From: Candidatus Eiseniibacteriota bacterium
Lineage (GTDB): Bacteria > Eisenbacteria > RBG-16-71-46
NCBI GenBank assembly: GCA_041483195.1
Contig: JBGPFC010000023.1
Location: 1-64,000 of the forward strand
Direction: 5' to 3'
DNA length: 64,000 nt
Shown here: piece after piece, positions 43,711-53,520 of the stretch
Layout: each line of letters begins with the position of its first letter
Numbering within the stretch: position 1 is the stretch's first letter
The notes under the pieces: generated by a model
Databases searched by the model: none
Told to the model about the DNA's origin: nothing
What the model saw: the letters and a program-made list of their open reading frames with translations, nothing else
Made by a program: the position numbers and the translations under genes

Positions 43711-46700
43711 TCAGCGTTCCGCCTCCGGCCTCGACGCGCGCAACCCCCACGCCACCATCGCCGCGATCACGATCGCGAGCCCGATCCCCGTCTGCAGCGC
43801 GTACGGCCTCAAGCCTTCGTGCCGCCACCCCGACGCGATCCGGCCCACCGCGACGCTCACCACGTTCAGCGTGAGCCACGCGGCCAGATTGAATCGCAGG
43901 ATCGGGAACATGACCGCGATCAGTCCCAGGCTCACCGCCAGGATCGACCAGAGCTTCACGAAGTGGACGCCGCTGAGGGCGCCTCCCGCCGCGACGGCGC
44001 CCGCGCCCAGGATCAGCGCGAACGCGAGCGCGGCGGAGCTCCGGCAGAATTTCAGCATCAGGCCGGCGAGCGCCGCCGTGACGAACGTCGCCCACAGCGA
44101 CGCGATCAACAGCTGCGCGAATCCCGCGAGCGCCGGGATGAAGGACACGGGGAAAGCGGGCAGGCCGCTGTCGAGTCCGCGCACCGGGGAGGCGATCCCA
44201 TTGAGGCCGGCGCGCAACGCGGCCTTCACGCCCATGATGACGAGCGCCGCGGCCGTTCCGGCGGCCAATCCCTGGAGGAGCGCGCGGCCTCGATCGGGAC
44301 CGCGGGCGGGCCAGAGGCTGAGGGCGCCGAAGCGCGCGGACAGCAGCGTCTCGGCGATGGCCCCGAGGCCCGCGATGCCGACGAAGGCGAACAGGATCTG
44401 CATCAGGTTCAGCGCGGTCGTCGTGGTCATGGCGTTGCTCCATGGCACCGAGGTGGCGTACCTCACCGACCAGGAGGGGATCGCGTTCACCGACTGCACC
44501 AGTTGCAGCGCCGCGGCCAGCGCGCCGAACCCGGCGTGGGTGCGCCAGTGGATCGTGGCGCGGCGCAGGTCGCGCACGAAGAACCCGAGCCCCGCGAGCC
44601 CCAGGCCCGAGAACAGCACCACCGGGAGAATCGTGAACGGGCTGGGACGGGTGTGGGCGCGCTCCCACTCTTCCGGCACCTTGACCCGGTGCTGCGGACC
44701 CGTGACCTCATCCCCCCTCACCGCCGCCGTGATGCGATGCGTGGCCTCGCCGGCGATCTTCCGCTTCGCCTCCCAGACCAGGGTGTGATCGGTGCGCGCG
44801 TCACGCGCCTCGACGTTGTGCTCCATGAGGTCGTAATCCGCGAGGTTCACCCGCGGACGGGCATCGCCCGCGGCGAGCAGCGAATCGGCGCGCGCGAGCG
44901 CGGTCGCCTCGTCGAGCCTCGCCCCCGGCGCCTTCTCATCGAGCTGGTGAACGTAACGCTGGACGCTTCCGTCGGGCGCCACGTAGACGACGTACTCCTC
45001 CTTCGCGAGCGGACGGAAGAAGCGCGTGCGCCACGCGACCGACGGCAGCTCGTCGCGATACAGTTGCGCCATCGCCTTCGCGCTCATCCGCTCGCGCAGG
45101 TACTCGGCCTCGATCCCCGGGATCTCGTCGCGCAGGTAGGTCACCCTGCGATAGGCGCCGGGATCGACCCCGAGCCGCCTGAGGTACGCGGTCGCGGTCG
45201 CGTCCGCGGCCGCCGGCCCGACGCGAATCTCGATGTCCTCTCCCACCTGCGCGGTCTTGACCAGCGCCACGATCACGAGCCCCGCCAGCCCGGCGATCGC
45301 GAGCCGCATCAGCGCCGGCCGCGAAAGGAGGGCAAACGGCCGCGCCTCGGCGCCGGTGGCCGCGGCGACAACCGGCGGAGTCTCCTCGAGGGGCGGGAGT
45401 CCCGCTTCCATCGCTCGATTCAGGATGCTCGGGTCCTTGAGGAACCCGCGGGACTGGAGCAGGAACACGACGGCCACCACCAGCGGCACCAGCACCGCGT
45501 CGCCGACCAGCGCGCCGGCGATCTTGAAGCTCGGATTGTCGGAGCGCAGCAGGAAGAGCCCGATCAGCACCGCGTCCACGGTGTAGTGCCACACCAGGGT
45601 GGCGAGGATGCCGAAACGCAGGAACACCCAGCCCGCCACCACGCCGATCGTCCCGACCTCGACGCCGCGGATCCACGCCGGCTGCTGCGGGTAGCTGCTG
45701 TGCAGGAAGCCCCACAGGAACGCCGGGATCAGCACCGCGAGCCACGTCGAGAGCGACCGGGGGACGACGCCGGCGAGCCGCTTCGAGCGGAACCAGCTGA
45801 GCAGGAGCGGAATCGCCAGCAGGCGGAAGGTGAACTCCTCGTCGCTCGCCGCGAACACGCTGGTGCTGAGCGGGTAGAGCCAGGGCGCCGCTGTCGAGAT
45901 GGCGTTGTTGTACTTCACGTCGAGCGGGGCCCACGCGCCGAAGTTGCGCGCGACCACGTAGAACAGCGTCACCAGCCCGATGTGCATCCCCGCCATCCCG
46001 TAACCGATGAGCGTCGAGTTGAAGAACTCGCGCGAGCGCATGCCGCGGAACGTGAAGAGATGGGCGAGCGAGACCCGGTCGGGCGCCAGCTCCCGGTAGA
46101 GCGGCTCGCCCGCGCCGAGCACCACCACGATCAGCAGGCCGGAGAAGATCCCGGAGAGCACGGCGATCACGGTGTAGATCGCCGCCCAGGTCTCGTACGG
46201 GAAATTGGTGGGCACCGAGGTGAGCTGGAGGCCGAAGTCGTTCCACGCGCCGATCGCGATCAGCGCGCCCACCACGCCGCCGATCGCGAGCAGCGCGTGC
46301 CACGCGATCTTCTTCACGCGCACCGAGCGCGCGAGCGTGATGGCCGCCCCCACGAGCAGCAGGATGTAGAGGACGGTGGCGATCACCCCGAGCAGGTTGT
46401 TGAGCGATCGCAGCTTCTCGTAATCGCGCGTCCACTTCTCCGGGATCTTCAGGAACTCGCGGAACCCGCCGACTTGATCCCCGAGCACCGTGACGCTCAT
46501 GCGCCGCGTGGCGTCCTTGAGCCGGAAGCCCCGCTCCTTCCACGTGAAGGTGTAGTCGAGCCGGCCGGGACGCGTCTTCGCCTCGTCCACCACCAGCTTG
46601 AAGCTGGCCAGATCGACGCGGCGCTCCGCCCGGAGGAACACCTCGGCCACCCGCTGCGCCTCGTCCCTGGAGAGCCGCGCTCCGGGCCGTTTCTCGTCCA

Positions 46701-47106
46701 CCAGGTGCTCGAAGCCCACCAGCGTGCCCGTGGTGCCGAGCCAGACCGAGAATTCCTCCTTCTCGGGCGGACGGATCAGGCGCGTCTGCCAGCGCCACAT
46801 GTTCACGCGCGTGGCCATCGCGCGATTCGCCTCCTCGAGGCCGAGCTCGCGCTCGAGGTAGGTCTTGGAGGTGTCGTCGAAGTCGAACACCGTGATCTGG
46901 CGATAGCCCGCGGTGTTGAACCCGCGGCCGCGCAGGAAGTCGTTCGAGCGCCGCGCGATCTCCGACTTGTCGAGGCGCAGGTCGACCGAGGCCTCTGGGA
47001 ACGCGCGGAAGAAGAGCCGCGAGGCGACCAGCACCCCCGCGACTCCCACGATCAGGAACAGGACCGGCCACAACCACTCCCGGCGCACGGTGCGTCCCTC
47101 GTTCAC
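43711..47106 (-). CDS. Giant CPBP (CAAX/Abi) intramembrane glutamic protease with duplicated extracytoplasmic domain
   Basis: GTGA overlap with the kinase stop; 'EEFTFR', 'WGFLH', 'HYTVD' motifs; many TM helices. Confidence 0.8.
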   Translation of the reverse strand: MNEGRTVRREWLWPVLFLIVGVAGVLVASRLFFRAFPEASVDLRLDKSEIARRSNDFLRGRGFNTAGYRQITVFDFDDTSKTYLERELGLEEANRAMATRVNMWRWQTRLIRPPEKEEFSVWLGTTGTLVGFEHLVDEKRPGARLSRDEAQRVAEVFLRAERRVDLASFKLVVDEAKTRPGRLDYTFTWKERGFRLKDATRRMSVTVLGDQVGGFREFLKIPEKWTRDYEKLRSLNNLLGVIATVLYILLLVGAAITLARSVRVKKIAWHALLAIGGVVGALIAIGAWNDFGLQLTSVPTNFPYETWAAIYTVIAVLSGIFSGLLIVVVLGAGEPLYRELAPDRVSLAHLFTFRGMRSREFFNSTLIGYGMAGMHIGLVTLFYVVARNFGAWAPLDVKYNNAISTAAPWLYPLSTSVFAASDEEFTFRLLAIPLLLSWFRSKRLAGVVPRSLSTWLAVLIPAFLWGFLHSSYPQQPAWIRGVEVGTIGVVAGWVFLRFGILATLVWHYTVDAVLIGLFLLRSDNPSFKIAGALVGDAVLVPLVVAVVFLLQSRGFLKDPSILNRAMEAGLPPLEETPPVVAAATGAEARPFALLSRPALMRLAIAGLAGLVIVALVKTAQVGEDIEIRVGPAAADATATAYLRRLGVDPGAYRRVTYLRDEIPGIEAEYLRERMSAKAMAQLYRDELPSVAWRTRFFRPLAKEEYVVYVAPDGSVQRYVHQLDEKAPGARLDEATALARADSLLAAGDARPRVNLADYDLMEHNVEARDARTDHTLVWEAKRKIAGEATHRITAAVRGDEVTGPQHRVKVPEEWERAHTRPSPFTILPVVLFSGLGLAGLGFFVRDLRRATIHWRTHAGFGALAAALQLVQSVNAIPSWSVRYATSVPWSNAMTTTTALNLMQILFAFVGIAGLGAIAETLLSARFGALSLWPARGPDRGRALLQGLAAGTAAALVIMGVKAALRAGLNGIASPVRGLDSGLPAFPVSFIPALAGFAQLLIASLWATFVTAALAGLMLKFCRSSAALAFALILGAGAVAAGGALSGVHFVKLWSILAVSLGLIAVMFPILRFNLAAWLTLNVVSVAVGRIASGWRHEGLRPYALQTGIGLAIVIAAMVAWGLRASRPEAER

Positions 47107-48599
47107 GGCTTGACCTCCTTGAGCCTCGCGCGCAGGAGCTGCCCCAGCTCCTCGACCTTGGCTAACATGTTCTGCTCGTCCACCCCGGTGATGCGCTCGG
47201 CCCCCAGCACCCTGCCGGTCGCGACGTCCACGATCTCGGCGGTGAGCAGCACCGCGCCCGACAGCTTCAGCACATCGCCGTGCACCATGAGCGTCGCCCC
47301 GCTCTTGTGCGCGACCTCGGTCGCAACGCTCGCGTCGAGCGCCGGCGTGCGCCCGTTGGTCTTCATCGCGCCCAGCACGTCGTAGATCCGCTGCTTGCTG
47401 ATCACGTCCACGTTGGGAAGCTGCGCGAGCTCGACCCCCAGCAACTCGCCGACGCCGGTGCCATACCAGTTCATGCGCTCGTCGCCGGTGCGGTTCTCGA
47501 ACATCAGCACCGCGAGCGTTGGCCGCCCCGATGGCGCGGCCGCGGCCGTGGCCGCCTGCTTGCGGCTGATGTGAGTGACGCCGGCGATCGTGGCCCCGAC
47601 CACCACCACCAGCGCGCCGAGCACCAGCGCCGCGCTCCCGATCGTCGAGTGACGGCGCGAGGGCGCCTGCGCAGCCGCGGCCTTCGCGGCGCTCGATCCC
47701 GGGCGCAGCGTGGCCGCCGAGATCTGCGAGTGCGATCCGCTCTCGAGCTCGCGCCGCATCGCCTTGAGGTCCACCACCAGATCGGCGGCGGTCTGGTAGC
47801 GCTCGTCCGCCTCCTTGCGCAGCGTCTTCAGCACCACGCGGTCGAATTCGTGGGGCAGCTCGGGATTCGCGAAAGAAGGCGCGGGCGGGTCGTGGTTCAG
47901 GATCTGGTCGTACACCTCGGCCGGGCTCCGCCCGGTGAACGGCAGAGCGCCGGTCGAGATCTCGTACATGACGACCCCGTACGAGAAGATGTCCCCTCGC
48001 GGATCCACCTCGCGGCCCAGCGCCTGCTCCGGCGACATGTAGAGCGTGGTGCCGAGGGTCTGGCCGGCGCCGGTGAGCCCGCGCGTGGCCTCGGTCTCGG
48101 AGGCCTGCTGCTCGACCCACTTCGCGAGCCCGAAGTCCACCAGCTTCACCTGCCCGCGCGGCGTGACCAGCAGGTTCGAGGACTTGATGTCGCGGTGCAC
48201 GATGCCGCGGCGATGCGCCTCGGCCAGTCCCTCCCCGCCCTGGATCAGGCAATCGAGCAGCGTCTTCAGGCTGCGGCGCATCTCGGGCGCGCGGTCCTTG
48301 AGCGATGCGCCTTCGAGGTATTCGAGCACCAGGAACAGCTGCCCTTCCTCTTCCTCGATCGCGTGGATGGTGCAGACGTTGGGGTGGGTGAGCGCGCTCG
48401 CGGCCTGCGCCTCGCGCATGAAACGGCGGCGCGAATCGGGGTCGGCGAGCAGGTCGGGGTGGACCAGCTTGAGCGCGACCTCACGATTCAGGCGGGTGTC
48501 CTGCCCGCGATAGACGACCCCCATCCCGCCCCGGCCAACCTGCTCCAGGAACCGGTAGCGCCCGATGGTTCGGCCGGTGAGGGAATCGTCAGGGGCCAT
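47103..48599 (-). CDS. Hanks-type Ser/Thr kinase with TM helix and TolB-N/FlgO-like domain
   Basis: GRGGMG, VALK, HRDIKSSN, DFG, 'YMSPEQ'; TM helix; 'LAVLMFENRTGD'. Confidence 0.9.
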   Translation of the reverse strand: MAPDDSLTGRTIGRYRFLEQVGRGGMGVVYRGQDTRLNREVALKLVHPDLLADPDSRRRFMREAQAASALTHPNVCTIHAIEEEEGQLFLVLEYLEGASLKDRAPEMRRSLKTLLDCLIQGGEGLAEAHRRGIVHRDIKSSNLLVTPRGQVKLVDFGLAKWVEQQASETEATRGLTGAGQTLGTTLYMSPEQALGREVDPRGDIFSYGVVMYEISTGALPFTGRSPAEVYDQILNHDPPAPSFANPELPHEFDRVVLKTLRKEADERYQTAADLVVDLKAMRRELESGSHSQISAATLRPGSSAAKAAAAQAPSRRHSTIGSAALVLGALVVVVGATIAGVTHISRKQAATAAAAPSGRPTLAVLMFENRTGDERMNWYGTGVGELLGVELAQLPNVDVISKQRIYDVLGAMKTNGRTPALDASVATEVAHKSGATLMVHGDVLKLSGAVLLTAEIVDVATGRVLGAERITGVDEQNMLAKVEELGQLLRARLKEVKP

Positions 48600-48725
48600 G
48601 GAGCGGCGAGGCTAGCGGCGGGGGTTGGCGCCGTCAACGAACCAATCGTTCGATCCGGCTTCGGAGAGCGGGTGGCGCGGAGCTTCGATTCACCGCGGCC
48701 ACGGCGGCGAGCGAAGGGGTCGCGA

Positions 48726-50291
48726 TCACGAACGCGGCGGCGGGACCTGCCGGGGCAGGCTCATGTTCTCCGCCCACCACTTGTCCGCCTCCCGCGCCGA
48801 CCACGGACTTCCATCGGCCGCGGCATCGAGCGCCTCGCACAGCTGATCGGCGCTCTGCGGCCGCTGGTCCGGATCCTTGGAAAGGCACGCCATCAGGGCC
48901 GCCTCGATCCGCGCCGGAATGGCCTGTCGGGCTTTGCTCGAGAGCGGCGGCGGGATCGCCTGCGCGTGCAGGCGCAGCAACTCTCCGGCATGCTCGGATT
49001 CGAAAGGCTTCTCCCCCGCGAGCAGCCAGTACCCGACGCACCCGAGCGCGTAGAGGTCAGTCCGCTGATCGATCTCGAGTCCGTAGACCTGCTCGGGGGG
49101 CATGTACCCGGGGGTCCCCAGCTTCGCGCCGGGGGTGGTCAGCGTCGCATCGCGCGACGATGCCGCGGCCCGGGTCAGGCCGAAGTCGAGCACCTTCACG
49201 AAGTCGGCATCCCGCCCGTAGCGACAGATGAAGAGATTGCCGGGCTTGATGTCGCGATGCACCAGGCCGCGAGCGTGCGCCTCGCCGATGGAATGACACG
49301 CCTGCACGAGCCAGTGCACCGCGCGTCGCGGCTCGATCGCCCCGAACTGGTAGACGAACTGTTCGAGATTCATCCCCTCCAGCAGCTCCATGGCGTAGTA
49401 GAAGGTGCCGTCGGCCGCGACCCCGAAGTCGAACAGCTCGACGGTGTGGGGCGAGCGCAGGCTCGCGGTCACCTGCGCCTCGCGCATGAAGCGCTTCACC
49501 ACCGCGTCGCGCTCCTCCATCGGGCCCTGGAGCGATTCGGGAAGTATCAACTTGACGGCCGCGGGGCGCGCGAGGAACAGGTGCCGCGCCTTCCACACTT
49601 CGCCCATGCCGCCGAGCCCGAGTCGCTCGAGCAGCTCGTAGCTCCCGACGGTTCGCGCGGCCGCGGCCTGCTGGTGGGCGCTCCGCACGGTGCGAGCTGC
49701 GACCGTGGCGATGGTGACCGCGACTCCCCCGTTCGAGAACGCGTGCCAGTAGTCGGACGCGCTGGCCTCGATCGCGCCGCGGGCCGCCAGCAGCCACAGG
49801 CCGCCGGGAATGGTGAGCGCGCACAGGATGGACACCCACAGCGTGGTGCGCGGCGCGACCGGGACCAGCAGCGGGAAGAGGATGATGATCGGGACGACCC
49901 AGGTCAGCGAGGACCCGTGCCCGGTGCGAAGGTAATCGGACCACGTGACCGCGATCGAGATCATGGCCGAGAGCACCACCTGCACCACCAGCGCGATCCG
50001 GAGCACGTGGCGATCCGGGATCGGACGCGCCATCGCGACCACCAGCAGCAGCAGGCAGGTCACGAGTCCCGTCACGTCGTGCGACACGTCGATCGAGCGC
50101 CGGAGCGGGCTGCCTTCCACCGTCAGGCTCAGCAACAGCGTCAGGAAGATCCCGTAGCCCAGCGACCCGAGCAGCGCGGCGACCTGCACCCGGCGCCTCG
50201 ATTCTCGCGTGACGGCGCTGGGCAGCTCGAACGGTACGGATTCGTCCGGCCGCAGCGCGGCGAGGAACCTTGCGGGCACGAGTCGCGGCAA
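48726..50291 (-). CDS. Ser/Thr kinase with N-terminal multi-TM region
   Basis: About five TM helices, then GLGGMG, AVK, HRDIKPGN, DFG, GTPGYM. Start uncertain. Confidence 0.88.
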   Translation of the reverse strand: MPRLVPARFLAALRPDESVPFELPSAVTRESRRRVQVAALLGSLGYGIFLTLLLSLTVEGSPLRRSIDVSHDVTGLVTCLLLLVVAMARPIPDRHVLRIALVVQVVLSAMISIAVTWSDYLRTGHGSSLTWVVPIIILFPLLVPVAPRTTLWVSILCALTIPGGLWLLAARGAIEASASDYWHAFSNGGVAVTIATVAARTVRSAHQQAAAARTVGSYELLERLGLGGMGEVWKARHLFLARPAAVKLILPESLQGPMEERDAVVKRFMREAQVTASLRSPHTVELFDFGVAADGTFYYAMELLEGMNLEQFVYQFGAIEPRRAVHWLVQACHSIGEAHARGLVHRDIKPGNLFICRYGRDADFVKVLDFGLTRAAASSRDATLTTPGAKLGTPGYMPPEQVYGLEIDQRTDLYALGCVGYWLLAGEKPFESEHAGELLRLHAQAIPPPLSSKARQAIPARIEAALMACLSKDPDQRPQSADQLCEALDAAADGSPWSAREADKWWAENMSLPRQVPPPRS

Positions 50292-50451
50292 GCGGCCATC
50301 CCTCGGGGCGCGGTCGCCCCTCTAGTCTGCGTGCGTCGCGTGCCGGCCGTGGGGCCGGCCACAGGGTGAAGGTGGATATTGTATGATCCCGCCTCCGCAT
50401 TCGACACGAGGAATCCGCAACCACCGGAATACCGGCCGAAGGTTGGTGGAA

Positions 50452-53157
50452 ATGCCGCTTCAGTCCGACGGGGATGCCGGAGGCTCCGCGACCCCGCAGG
50501 GCGGCGCGGCACTCGGTCGCTATACCATCGAGCGCACGCTCGGTCAGGGCGCCATGGGCGAGGTGCTGCTCGCGCGCGACACGTTGCTTCACCGCCGCGT
50601 GGCCTTGAAGCGCCTGCTCCCGACCGGCGAGGATCGCGCGCAGCAACGGGCCGCGATCCTCAAGGAAGCCCGTCGCGCGAGCCAGATCAACGACCGGCAC
50701 GTCGCCGCGATCCATGACGTGCTCGAGCTCGACGATCAGATCGTCCTGGTCATGGAGTACGTGGACGGCGTCACGCTCCGTCAGCGCATGGCCGAGCCGG
50801 TTTCGCTCGACGCCTTCTGGGATCTCGCCACGCAGTGTGTCGAAGGCATGGCCGCGGCGCACGCGCATGGCGTGATCCATCGCGACATCAAGCCCGAAAA
50901 CCTCATGCTGACGCGCGACGGCCAGGTCAAGTTCCTCGACTTCGGCATCGCGCGGCGATCGGGAACCCTCGAGGGCCGGATCACCACGACCACGGAGAGT
51001 CTCGCCTCCGACATCGCCGGCACCCCGCAGTACATGGCGCCCGAGGCGCACCTGGGCGGGACGGTCGATCAGCGCACCGACATCTTCGCGCTCGGCGCCG
51101 TGTTCTACGAGCTGCTCACGACGAAGCGGCCGTTCGACGGCACCACCTACGCCGCGGTGGTGGATCGGGTGCTGAACGTGGATCCGCCGCCCGTCTCCGA
51201 TCTGATCCCGGCCGCCGGATTGGAACTTTCGAACGTCGTGGCGAGCATGCTCGCGAAGAATCCCGCGCAGCGGCTCGCGAGCTCACGCGATCTGATGGAG
51301 CGGCTCGAGCGCGTGCGCCGCGGAGGCGTCGCCGCGGCGCCCTCCCCCGCGGCGGGCGGGCTCGCGCCGCCGGTGGCGCCGGGGGCGAGCGCCGGTACGA
51401 TCCCGGGCCGCGTGGCCGCGGGCCGGCGCTCTCGACTCCCCGGCACGCGCCCCGCGTGGATGATCGCGACGCTGTCCGTGGCCGGGGCGCTGGTCGCTGT
51501 GACGATCGCAATCGGGTGGTCGCGGCTGAGGGCTCCGGCGCTGCCGAGAGCTCGCAACGTCGCGCTGCTCGCTCCCGTCACGAGCGGCGGCGGAGACTTC
51601 GCCCCGTTCGCGCTGGGCGCCGTCACGCTGCTGGCCCGTCGCCTCCGGCAGCACACGGACACCCGGGGATTTCAGCTGGCCTCGTTCTCGACGGGCGTGG
51701 AGGAAGGCGTCTCGTCCGCGGCCGAGGCGCGGAAGGTCATGGGGGTCAATCTGGCCATCATTCCGACCCTGGAGCAGGACGCCGACCTGCTGCGGGCGCG
51801 TCTCGATCTGATCGATGCGGCCAGTGGTCGCCGTCTCGCCACGCGCACGGTGCGGGTGGCCGCCACGCAGCCGTTCGAGTTTCTCGATCAGACCTATCGC
51901 GCCGCGGCCTGGCTGCTGGGCGTCGATGCGCGCGGCGGAGACGCCGCCTCCGCGTGCGGCGTGCACGGCGCGGGAACGCTGCGCTTCTATCTCCAGGGGA
52001 TCGGGCGGATGCGCGCCGCGCGCGATTCCGGCGCGGTGAAGCAGGCGAGCTCCGACTTCGAGACCGCGTGCGGGACCGAGCCGGGGTCCGCGGTCACGCG
52101 CGCCGGCCTTGCCTCCGCGCAGCTGAGGCTCTTCGTATTGACGAAGGATCCGGCCATGCTCGCGAGTTCGGAGGTCACCGCCCGTGAAGCGGTCGGGATC
52201 GACTCGGGGCGCGCCGAGCCGCACGTCGCCCTCGCGTCGGTGCTGGTGGCCAGGGGGAATCTGCCGGAGGCGCTCGTGGAATACACGCGAGCCTCCCGGC
52301 TCGACCCGAGCGACGACGAGGTGGCCTTCAGGATCGCGCGGACCTACGCTCACCTCGGCCAGCCCGCGAAGGAGAAGGAGGCATACCTTGCCGCGATCGC
52401 GGGGCACCCTTACTGGTGGCAGCCTTACTGGTGGCTCGCCACCTGGCATGCTCGCGAGGGAAATGTGGAGGAGTCGATCAGGGCCGACGAGCAGATGATC
52501 CTGCGCTCTCCGGATTTCTACCAGGGGTATGCGAATCTCGGTGGGATGCTGGTGCAGCGGGGAAGCTACGCGCCGGCCATCGACGCACTCAAGCGCTCGC
52601 TGGCGCTGCGACCCACGAAGGAAGCGTTCAACAATCTGGCGACGGCCTATTTCAACTCGGGGCGGCTCGAGGAGGCGATCGACGCCTACAACCAGTCGTT
52701 CCAGTTCGGGACCGCCGGATATGAATCGTGGCTGAATCTCGGTGACGCCTACTTCTGGCTCCGCAATCGCAAGGACGAAGCGGCCCAGGCATACGCGCAG
52801 GCCGTGCGACTCGGCCGCGAGCGGATCTTCGACCGCCGGCGCTTCGGCCAGACCGTCGAGGACGTGATGATCTCGGCCAATCTCGCCACGGTTTTTCCCA
52901 AGCTCGGCCAGCGCGACAGCGCGAGCCTCTACATCGCCCGCGCGGTGAGCGCCGACAGCGCGAATCCGATGGTGGACTACTGCGCGGCGCTCACCTACTG
53001 GCAGCTCGACCGCAAGGACGTCGCAATGACCTGGCTCGAGAAGTCCGTTCACGGAGGCTATCCGGTCACCTGGCTCCGCGATTCGCCCATCTTCAGGGAG
53101 TGGCGAACGGTCCCCGCGTTCGCCGCTCTCGTCGACGAGGCGAAGCCGAAGCCCTAG
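50452..53157 (+). CDS. Ser/Thr kinase with TM helix and C-terminal TPR repeats
   Basis: GQGAMG, VALK, HRDIKPEN, DFG, GTPQYMAPE; TPRs 'YANLGG', 'FNNLA', 'WLNLGDAY'. Confidence 0.9.
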   Translation: MPLQSDGDAGGSATPQGGAALGRYTIERTLGQGAMGEVLLARDTLLHRRVALKRLLPTGEDRAQQRAAILKEARRASQINDRHVAAIHDVLELDDQIVLVMEYVDGVTLRQRMAEPVSLDAFWDLATQCVEGMAAAHAHGVIHRDIKPENLMLTRDGQVKFLDFGIARRSGTLEGRITTTTESLASDIAGTPQYMAPEAHLGGTVDQRTDIFALGAVFYELLTTKRPFDGTTYAAVVDRVLNVDPPPVSDLIPAAGLELSNVVASMLAKNPAQRLASSRDLMERLERVRRGGVAAAPSPAAGGLAPPVAPGASAGTIPGRVAAGRRSRLPGTRPAWMIATLSVAGALVAVTIAIGWSRLRAPALPRARNVALLAPVTSGGGDFAPFALGAVTLLARRLRQHTDTRGFQLASFSTGVEEGVSSAAEARKVMGVNLAIIPTLEQDADLLRARLDLIDAASGRRLATRTVRVAATQPFEFLDQTYRAAAWLLGVDARGGDAASACGVHGAGTLRFYLQGIGRMRAARDSGAVKQASSDFETACGTEPGSAVTRAGLASAQLRLFVLTKDPAMLASSEVTAREAVGIDSGRAEPHVALASVLVARGNLPEALVEYTRASRLDPSDDEVAFRIARTYAHLGQPAKEKEAYLAAIAGHPYWWQPYWWLATWHAREGNVEESIRADEQMILRSPDFYQGYANLGGMLVQRGSYAPAIDALKRSLALRPTKEAFNNLATAYFNSGRLEEAIDAYNQSFQFGTAGYESWLNLGDAYFWLRNRKDEAAQAYAQAVRLGRERIFDRRRFGQTVEDVMISANLATVFPKLGQRDSASLYIARAVSADSANPMVDYCAALTYWQLDRKDVAMTWLEKSVHGGYPVTWLRDSPIFREWRTVPAFAALVDEAKPKP

Positions 53158-53193
53158 CACGCCGTATCACGCAGCGCGAGAAGGAGACGATCC

Positions 53194-53493
53194 ATGCCCA
53201 CGCACAAGATCTCCGTCACCGTCGGCGACACCTCCATCCAGGTGAACCCCGACACGCTCACGATGACCTCGGCGGACGAGGTGCACTGGGCGGGCACCAA
53301 CCCCCGGAAGTTCTCGATCGTGTTCGACCACGAGGGCGTGTTCGGCCGCCGCGTGTTGGAGCACGCGGACGCGATCAATCGTCAGCGCGCGCGGGCCAAG
53401 GGGCGGTTCAAGTACACGGTGGTCTCGAGCGAGAAGCCGGACCTGAAGCTCGATCCCGTGATCATCATCGGAGACCCGCCCACGAATCCGTAG
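53194..53493 (+). CDS. Small beta-sandwich hypothetical protein
   Basis: AAGGAG RBS, coding-like codon use; 'V.PDTL...V.W...FKYTV...LDPVII'. Confidence 0.65.
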   Translation: MPTHKISVTVGDTSIQVNPDTLTMTSADEVHWAGTNPRKFSIVFDHEGVFGRRVLEHADAINRQRARAKGRFKYTVVSSEKPDLKLDPVIIIGDPPTNP

Positions 53494-53520
53494 GCTCACG
53501 GAAAGCCGGAAGGTGGGGCC

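Noticed and set aside
43354..47385. 1343-aa plus-strand ORF, and similar long ORFs such as 47280-50369, 29414-32200, 32863-35586, 22222-24687 and 55360-58374
   Set aside because: Antisense or off-frame shadows of motif-bearing genes. They are Arg/Gly/Ala-rich with no domains, as expected at very high GC.
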